64,000 bases of DNA from a bacterium (GTDB lineage: Bacteria > UBA8248), in assembly GCA_965219955.1 (NCBI GenBank), contig OZ244799.1, positions 1,536,001 to 1,600,000 of the forward strand, written 5' to 3'. The notes beneath the pieces are model-generated. The model did no database searches, was not told the DNA's origin, and saw only the letters and a list, made by a program, of their open reading frames with translations. Positions 57,705-64,000 of the stretch are shown piece after piece (positions within the stretch are counted from its first letter, which is position 1; each line of letters begins with the position of its first letter). A program made the position numbers and the translations under genes.

Positions 57705-59426
57705 GTGAGAATAATCAAACGTTTAGCGAGCATCATTCGCTCCAAAAGCAAAGCAGAAGCCCCTGACAGCCAATCAAGTCCCGAGGTTCAGGAATCCGCT
57801 TCCATTTCAACCGCAGACCAAGCCGGGCGGAAAGACACGCTTCCCGCCTCGACACCTCTCAACGGTGAATCCCCGCGGGGAAATACCGACCCGGAAGAGA
57901 CAAATGCCACGAAACCGCGCCGCCGGCGCAGGCGTTCACGGAAAAGACAAAGTAATGGAGAACCCTTGCATAAGCAAAACGCAGCAACCATAGAATCGAA
58001 AAAACCGGAAAACGACGACAAAACATCCAAAAACAAAAGGACAAGAAGACGCCGCAAGAGAAAACCCGCAACAGCCGGAGCGAAAGCCGCACCGCAAAAA
58101 TCCCAGAAAGCCGCGAATCCCTCGTATAACGGCATCACCTACCAGAAAGACCCCGCCGAATTCGGCGTGGGCGATTTCGACGCCGCAGACGCGCCCGAGG
58201 GCTTCCGGGAACTCGGCTTCGAGCCGGAGTTGCTCCGCGGGATTCACGGCCTCGGGTTCAATGCCCCCACCCCCATCCAGAGCGAGGCGATACCCGTCGC
58301 GCGCGAAGGCCGAGACATCATCGGCTGCGCCCAGACGGGCACGGGGAAAACAGCCTCATTCGCACTGCCTACGCTCGAACGCCTGCAAGGCGGTTCGGGC
58401 ACGCGCTGCCTCGTCCTGACGCCCACGCGGGAACTCGCCATCCAGGTCTCGGAGCAATTCCACCGGCTGGGAAAACACCTCGAAACCTCGTGCGCCGTCA
58501 TCTACGGCGGGGTGGACTACGAACCCCAGTTCCAGGCCTTTCAGGCGAACGTGGACGTCGTCGTCGCCACGCCCGGCAGGCTGCTCGATCACCTGAAGCG
58601 CAAATCCGTTCATTTCAGGAAACTGGAGATACTCATCATCGACGAGGCCGACCGCATGCTGGACATGGGCTTCGCCGAGGAGATCACCGAAATCCTCAAG
58701 CGCCTCCCCCAAAAGCGGCAGACCATGCTCTTCTCCGCCACCATGCCCGAAAAAATTCAGGACCTGGCGAATCGCGCGGTGAGCGACCCGGTGCAAATCA
58801 ACATCTCGCCGCCCTCGACGCCGGCGGAGGGCATCCACCACGGCGTCTACCCCATCAGCATGGCGAACAAACCCCGCGGCGTGCTGGGCATCATCGACAA
58901 GTACAACCCCACCAGCGTTCTCATCTTCACGAGAACCAAGGCCGGGGCCGATGTGCTGTGCAATTTCCTGGAAAACGAGAAAATCGCCGTCGCCAAGATT
59001 CATTCCGACAGAAGCCAGCGCCAGAGAGAGCGCGCGCTGGCGGGCTTTCGCCAGGGCAAGCACCGCATCCTCGTAGCGACGGACATCGTTTCGCGCGGCA
59101 TCGACGTGACGGGCATATCACACGTCATCAATTACGACGTGCCCGAATACCCGGAGGACTACGTCCACCGCGCAGGCAGAACGGCGCGCGCGGGCCGCAT
59201 CGGCTACGCCATGACGCTCATGTCGCCCGGTGAAATCACGCCCGTCAAGAATATAGAACGCTTCATCGGCAAGGCGCTTCCCAGGGTCGGCATCCAAGGC
59301 TTCGCGGACGACGTCCACCAGCAAAACCTCGAGAACGAACCCAAGCCCCTGCTCGACCAGCCGCACGTGGCGCGCTACGAGCGGCTCCGCAAAATGCCGC
59401 GCCGCACCGGCCTGTCGCTCCGCTAG
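57705..59426 (+). CDS. DEAD-box RNA helicase with long basic N-terminal extension
   Basis: Q motif 'PTPIQ', 'AQTGTGKT', 'PTRELA', 'DEAD', 'SAT', 'HRAGRTARAG'. Confidence 0.95.
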   Translation: MRIIKRLASIIRSKSKAEAPDSQSSPEVQESASISTADQAGRKDTLPASTPLNGESPRGNTDPEETNATKPRRRRRRSRKRQSNGEPLHKQNAATIESKKPENDDKTSKNKRTRRRRKRKPATAGAKAAPQKSQKAANPSYNGITYQKDPAEFGVGDFDAADAPEGFRELGFEPELLRGIHGLGFNAPTPIQSEAIPVAREGRDIIGCAQTGTGKTASFALPTLERLQGGSGTRCLVLTPTRELAIQVSEQFHRLGKHLETSCAVIYGGVDYEPQFQAFQANVDVVVATPGRLLDHLKRKSVHFRKLEILIIDEADRMLDMGFAEEITEILKRLPQKRQTMLFSATMPEKIQDLANRAVSDPVQINISPPSTPAEGIHHGVYPISMANKPRGVLGIIDKYNPTSVLIFTRTKAGADVLCNFLENEKIAVAKIHSDRSQRQRERALAGFRQGKHRILVATDIVSRGIDVTGISHVINYDVPEYPEDYVHRAGRTARAGRIGYAMTLMSPGEITPVKNIERFIGKALPRVGIQGFADDVHQQNLENEPKPLLDQPHVARYERLRKMPRRTGLSLR

Positions 59427-59596
59427 CTCGAAGCGCTCCCCGGCAAATGTGAAACGAAAAAACCGGAATACGGCCCCCTTCTCCCAAAGATTTGTTAAAG
59501 ATTTTTTAAACTTTTTAAGTATTTGATTTGTAACTATTTACAGGTATCGACGCACGCCTGTCGATGAAAAAATCCTGCGCTCCGCCATGTTATCTA

Positions 59597-59625
59597 TTGA
59601 CCTCTCCGCGCGGCTAGGATAGATT
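59597..59625 (+). promoter_or_regulatory. Sigma70-like promoter for HU
   Basis: TTGACC-17 bp-TAGATT downstream of an AT-rich tract. Confidence 0.5.
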
Positions 59626-59700
59626 GAATTTCCTCATGAAATTTTTGTGATATCAATCGTTTCTATAAAGCCCGTAGCCGAACGTGGAAGGGAGACCCAT

Positions 59701-59976
59701 ATGCAGAAATCCGACCTGATAGAAAAAATCGCCGGGGACGCCGGCATCTCGAAAGCGGCGGCGGACCGGGCTCTCAAGTCTCTGCTTGACTCCGTGACCC
59801 AAGCCCTGAAAAACGGGGATCGCGTTTCCCTGGTTGGATTCGGAACATTTTCCGTCTCTAAGCGAGGCGCACGAACAGGGCGCAACCCGCAAACGGGCGA
59901 GACAATCTCCATCAAGGCGAGCAAGGCGCCCAAGTTCTCCGCAGGCAAGAGCCTCAAGGACGCGGTGAACAAATAA
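59701..59976 (+). CDS. hup: DNA-binding protein HU
   Basis: 'V.LVGFGTF', '[14 protein letters not shown]', '[10 protein letters not shown]'; GGGAG RBS. Confidence 0.96.
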   Translation: MQKSDLIEKIAGDAGISKAAADRALKSLLDSVTQALKNGDRVSLVGFGTFSVSKRGARTGRNPQTGETISIKASKAPKFSAGKSLKDAVNK

Positions 59977-60024
59977 ACGCGGGCTTCCGAAGGCGTCTGA
60001 TTCGAGAAGCGCCAGATACAATAC

Positions 60025-60077
60025 GAAACCCCCGATGCTGGAGGTGCAATGTCCGGCGCCGGGGGTTTCCTTTTTTC
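60025..60077 (+). terminator. Rho-independent terminator after hup
   Basis: GAAACCCCCG…CGGGGGTTTC followed by a T tract. Confidence 0.65.
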
Positions 60078-60197
60078 AAATACGTTTCATGCGAGTCCCT
60101 TCGCCGATGCTCGTCATTCCGGTGAAAGCCGGTATGACGTCGATCCGCAAGAGGCAGAGGTGCTTTCGTAGGGGAGATTTACTGACGCACAGCGGCT

Positions 60198-61286
60198 TCA
60201 GGCGAGAAAATCCCTGAGCTTCGAGAGGAATCGCTCGTTCTCCCCGGGGAGTCCGAGGGTCACGCGAATCCATTCGGGATGCCCGAAGGCGCTGCCGGGA
60301 CGAACGATGACGCCCTCGCGCATCAGGGCGTTCATCGCCGCGTCGCCGTCCCCCACGCGAACGAAGATGAAATTGGCCTGGCTTTCGACATATTCGAGTC
60401 CCATCCCGCCGAACGCCGCATAGAGCGCTTCCCTGCCCTCGCGCACCAGGGCGACGGCGCGCTGTTTGTAATCGTCGTCTTCCAGCGCGGCCAGGGCAGC
60501 CGCCTGCGCGAGCTGGTTCACGTTGAATGGTTCGCGGACGCGGTTCATGTACCCGACGACGCCCTCGCGGCTCAAGGCGAATCCCACGCGAAGGCCGGCC
60601 AGGCCGTAGATCTTCGAAAACGAGCGCAGGACGACCAGCGGGAAGCGATCGATCATGGAGACGCTGTCGGGATAGGCCGGATCATCCGCGAAATCGCCAT
60701 AGGCCTCATCCAGGAGCACCAGGAGGCCTCCGGGCAGTTTTTCGAGAAAGGCGACGAGTTCATCCCCGGTCAGAATCCCGCCCGTGGGGTTGTTCGGTGA
60801 GCAGAGGAAAACGATTTTCGTGCGGGCGGAAATTTTATCGAGGACATCGTTCAAATCAACCCTCATATCCCGCAGGGGCGAGAAAACGATCTGCGCGCCC
60901 ATCACCCGGCTCACGTGCGCATAGGGGCTGAAGGTGGGCCGGGGGATGACCACCTCGTCGCCGTCGTTCAGGAACGTCCTGCTCAAGACGGAGAGAACGT
61001 CGTCGCCTCCGTTTCCCATGAAAACGCACGACGGGGAGACGCCCAGCTTTTCCGCCAGGCGCTCCGCCAGCGCCTTCGCCCCGCCGTCGGGGTAGCGGTG
61101 CAGGCCGTCGAGCGCGCCGCGAATCGCATCCACGGCGCTCGGCGTGGGGCCGAGCGCATTCTCGTTGCTGGCGAGCTTGACGACCTCGCTCAGCCCGTAC
61201 TCGGCGGCCACCTCCTCGATGGAACGCCCCGGCACGTAAGTCTTGAGGGACGAGACGCCCTTTCTCAGCAAGTCTTCCACGTTCAA
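60198..61286 (-). CDS. hisC: Histidinol-phosphate aminotransferase
   Basis: 'KLASNEN', 'RYPD', 'SPNNPTG', 'DEAY', 'RSFSKIYGLAGLRVG'. Confidence 0.95.
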   Translation of the reverse strand: MNVEDLLRKGVSSLKTYVPGRSIEEVAAEYGLSEVVKLASNENALGPTPSAVDAIRGALDGLHRYPDGGAKALAERLAEKLGVSPSCVFMGNGGDDVLSVLSRTFLNDGDEVVIPRPTFSPYAHVSRVMGAQIVFSPLRDMRVDLNDVLDKISARTKIVFLCSPNNPTGGILTGDELVAFLEKLPGGLLVLLDEAYGDFADDPAYPDSVSMIDRFPLVVLRSFSKIYGLAGLRVGFALSREGVVGYMNRVREPFNVNQLAQAAALAALEDDDYKQRAVALVREGREALYAAFGGMGLEYVESQANFIFVRVGDGDAAMNALMREGVIVRPGSAFGHPEWIRVTLGLPGENERFLSKLRDFLA

Positions 61287-61519
61287 AGTCTTACACCTCT
61301 TTGCTGGTCCTCATCGTCGTTTGGAACTCCCCGAACGGCGAACATATAGACCATTCGACACGATTTGGCCACACCCCGGCGCTCAAGGGCGATCGCGGTT
61401 TTCCCCGCCCGGAAACCGGATATCGTCATACGCCATGAAGCCCGGAATGTCGATGCGTTGCCCTCTGCGAGGCGGACGGGCTAGAATATGGCGGATCAGC
61501 CGTCGAACGGAGGTTCACC

Positions 61520-62368
61520 TTGAGCGATGCGAAGCCCGACGCGAAACTGAAAAAACTCGAACAAACCCTCAAAGAGATGGGGAGCGTTCTGGTAGCGTTC
61601 TCTGCGGGAGTGGACAGCACCTTTCTGGCCAAAGTGGCCCAAGAAACCCTGGGCTCAGGCGCGCTCGCCGTCACGGGGCGCTCCGTCACCCTGGCCGCAT
61701 CCGAACTCGAAGAATCGCACGTACTCGCAGCGCAAATCGGGATTCGCCACCTCATCGTGGACACCGACGAGATAGCGGACGAATCGTTCGGGAACAACCC
61801 GCCGAACCGCTGTTATTTCTGCAAGAACGAGCTCTATACCGTCCTGAGCCGCGTGGCGGCCCGGGAGAAGACGGCCGTCATCGTCGACGGCTCGAACGCC
61901 GACGACGTGGGCGACCATAGGCCCGGGATGCAGGCGGCGCGGGAGCTGGGCGTGCGAAGCCCGCTCATGGAAGTCGGGATGACGAAAGAGGACATCCGCA
62001 CCCTTTCCCAATCCTTCGGCCTCCCCACCTGGGACAAGCCGGCGCAGGCTTGCCTCTCGAGCCGCTTCCCTTACGGGGACCGCATCACGCCCGAGAAAAT
62101 CGCCCAGGTCGAAAAGGCGGAAAGCGGCTTGCGGGAGTTGGGCTTCCGCCAACTGCGGGTGCGCCACCACGGCGACGTCGCCAGAATCGAGGTGCCCACA
62201 GCCGACATCGCGCGGCTCGTTGACGAGGAGACCTCCAGGCAAGTGGTCGCCCGCATGAAAGAGGCCGGCTTCATCTACGTGACCATCGATCTCGAAGGTT
62301 TCCGCTCGGGAAGCATGAACGAAGTGCTCAAAACCGGGCGCGGCTCCGATCTCCTCATCCTCTCGTGA
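61520..62368 (+). CDS. larE: ATP-dependent sulfur transferase for nickel-pincer (NPN) cofactor
   Basis: PP-loop 'AFSAGVDS', 'RCYFCK', 'DGSNADD..DHRPG', 'ACLSSRFPYG', 'FRSGSMN'. Confidence 0.93.
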   Translation: MSDAKPDAKLKKLEQTLKEMGSVLVAFSAGVDSTFLAKVAQETLGSGALAVTGRSVTLAASELEESHVLAAQIGIRHLIVDTDEIADESFGNNPPNRCYFCKNELYTVLSRVAAREKTAVIVDGSNADDVGDHRPGMQAARELGVRSPLMEVGMTKEDIRTLSQSFGLPTWDKPAQACLSSRFPYGDRITPEKIAQVEKAESGLRELGFRQLRVRHHGDVARIEVPTADIARLVDEETSRQVVARMKEAGFIYVTIDLEGFRSGSMNEVLKTGRGSDLLILS

Positions 62369-63123
62369 ACCCGAACCTCATCCTCGAACTCCTCGAGCAG
62401 GTGAAAGGGGGCCGTCTCGCGCCTGATGACGCCGCCGCGCGCCTTCGGGACCTGCCCTTCGAGGATCTGGGCCACACGCGGGTGGATCATCACCGCGCGC
62501 TCAGGAACGGATTTCCGGAAGTCGTCTTCGGCGCGGGAAAAACCAGGGAGCAGGTCGTCGAAATCGCAAAGAGCATGATGGCGAAAGACCAGACGGTCAT
62601 GGTCACCCACGCAGGCGCGGAGCAGGCCGAAGCCCTGCTGGAACTCTCACCCCGCGCGAAGCACCACGAAACCGCGCGCATCGTCGAAATCCCTTGCGAA
62701 AATCCGCCCGCTCCCGTCGGCTCCGTCGCGGTCGCTTGCGCGGGCACCTCCGACATGCCCGTCGCCGAGGAGGCGGCGGTGACCGCGCGGGTGCTGGGTT
62801 CCAACGTGACGCGCGTCTACGACGTGGGCGTGGCGGGCCTGCATCGCCTCCTGGCGGAAGTGGAGACCCTGCGCGGGGCGAACGCCGTCATCGCCGTGGC
62901 GGGCATGGAGGGCGCCCTGCCCTCGGTTGTCGCCGGTCTGGTGGCCTGCCCCGTCATCGCGGTGCCTACGTCTGTGGGCTACGGCGCGAACCTGGGCGGA
63001 CTGACGGCGCTTTTCGCCATGCTGAACTCGTGCGCTTCGGGCCTGAGCGTGGTGAACATCGACAACGGCTTCGGCGCGGCCTGCCAGGCGCACCTCATCA
63101 ACAGGCAAACGGCCGCTCCATGA
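62365..63123 (+). CDS. larB: NPN cofactor biosynthesis carboxylase/hydrolase
   Basis: 'DHHR..R.GFPEV', 'AGTSD.PVAEEA', 'AGMEGAL', 'PTSVGYG', 'VNIDNGFGAA'. Confidence 0.94.
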   Translation: MNPNLILELLEQVKGGRLAPDDAAARLRDLPFEDLGHTRVDHHRALRNGFPEVVFGAGKTREQVVEIAKSMMAKDQTVMVTHAGAEQAEALLELSPRAKHHETARIVEIPCENPPAPVGSVAVACAGTSDMPVAEEAAVTARVLGSNVTRVYDVGVAGLHRLLAEVETLRGANAVIAVAGMEGALPSVVAGLVACPVIAVPTSVGYGANLGGLTALFAMLNSCASGLSVVNIDNGFGAACQAHLINRQTAAP

Positions 63124-64000
63124 AGACGCTCTATTTCGACTGCTTCGCGGGCGCTGCGGGTGACATGCTCGTGGGCGCTTTGATTGACGTCGGCCTCGAT
63201 TTCGCGGCCCTTGAAGCCGAGCTCGCGAAGCTGGAGATAGAGGGGTATTCGCTGTCTTCTGAACATGTTTTGAAACAAGGCGTTACGGCCCAAAAATTCA
63301 GGGTGAACATCACCCAAGAAACGCACCATCATCACCACGGAGAGGGGCACTCTCACGGCGCGCACCATCACGGCCGCTCCTACAGGCAGATCCGGGAAAT
63401 ACTCGAAAAAGCGCCGATTCCGGAGGCTCCCAAAGCTCGCGCCATCTCCGCGTTTCATCGCCTGGGCGTCGTGGAGGCGGGCATTCACGGGGTCTCACTC
63501 GACGAAATCCACTTCCACGAAGTCGGCGCGATTGATTCCATCATCGACGTCACGGGCTATTTCCTGGGTCTCCACCTGCTCGGCGTCGAGCGGGTGGCGG
63601 CCTCTCCCCTGCCGGTGGGGAGCGGGTTCGTGCAGTGCGCCCACGGTCGGATGCCGGTTCCCGCACCCGCGACGGCCAAGCTGCTCGAAGGCGCGCCCGT
63701 GGCCGAGAGCGACCTCGAGGGCGAGGTTCTGACGCCAACGGGGGCCTTGCTGCTCACCGAGAGCGCGGAATTTTTCGGCCCCGTGCCCGAGATGACCATC
63801 ACGCGGGTGGGCTACGGCGCGGGGGACAAGGACCAGCCGGACACCCCCAACGTCGTCCGCGCATTTCTGGGGGAAAGCGAGGCGAGCACAGAAAGCGATG
63901 GGCCGCCCACGACCATCGCCGTGCTCGAGGCCAACATCGACGACATGAGCCCCGAGCTTTTCCCCCACGTCATCGAAGAGGCGCTCAAGGCGGGCGCGCT
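63120..64000 (+). CDS. larC: NPN cofactor nickel insertase, runs off the window end
   Basis: ATG 63120 overlaps the larB stop; 'MKTLYFDCFAGAAGDM', His-rich tract, 'HFHEVGAIDSIID', 'CAHG..PVPAPAT', 'TPTGA', 'EANIDD'. Confidence 0.93.
   Translation, partial: MKTLYFDCFAGAAGDMLVGALIDVGLDFAALEAELAKLEIEGYSLSSEHVLKQGVTAQKFRVNITQETHHHHHGEGHSHGAHHHGRSYRQIREILEKAPIPEAPKARAISAFHRLGVVEAGIHGVSLDEIHFHEVGAIDSIIDVTGYFLGLHLLGVERVAASPLPVGSGFVQCAHGRMPVPAPATAKLLEGAPVAESDLEGEVLTPTGALLLTESAEFFGPVPEMTITRVGYGAGDKDQPDTPNVVRAFLGESEASTESDGPPTTIAVLEANIDDMSPELFPHVIEEALKAGA

Noticed and set aside
63120-64000. Programmed frameshift in larC
   Set aside because: The frame is open to the window end and no shift is needed in the visible part.

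Overview
GC-rich bacterial chromosomal window, with no rRNA, tRNA or CRISPR recognised. The main feature is a ~12 kb co-oriented cluster (13.6-25.8 kb). It holds an iodate-reductase-type module (two di-heme cytochrome c peroxidases, an AioB-like Rieske subunit and an AioA-like molybdoenzyme, i.e. the idrP-P-B-A arrangement). This is followed by a cytochrome c, an Fe-S flavoprotein of the GltD/NfnB type and a complete second Rieske/cytochrome b/tetraheme-c complex. A separate split Rieske/cyt b6/subunit-IV operon with an unannotated 35-aa membrane ORF lies at 2.8-5.1 kb. Hidden from the ORF track are a deiodinase-like selenoprotein (in-frame UGA plus SECIS-like hairpin, 55.3-56.0 kb), two diverged copies of a promoter-fronted ~108-nt structured RNA candidate (27.9-28.7 kb) and several small ORFs. 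Other points of interest: an AAA_21 ATPase/DUF4276 cassette flanked by a 63-bp duplication of the 3' end of an HExxH-protease gene that ends in a clamp-binding-like motif; a split Cfa-like methyltransferase surrounding a geranylgeranyl-reductase-like gene; and nested palindromic intergenic repeats. The rest is housekeeping or catabolic (ddl, apbC/mrp, etfBA, pgk, transsulfuration genes, msrP, DEAD-box helicase, HU, hisC, larEBC). All calls come from motif recognition by eye; no database searches were run.
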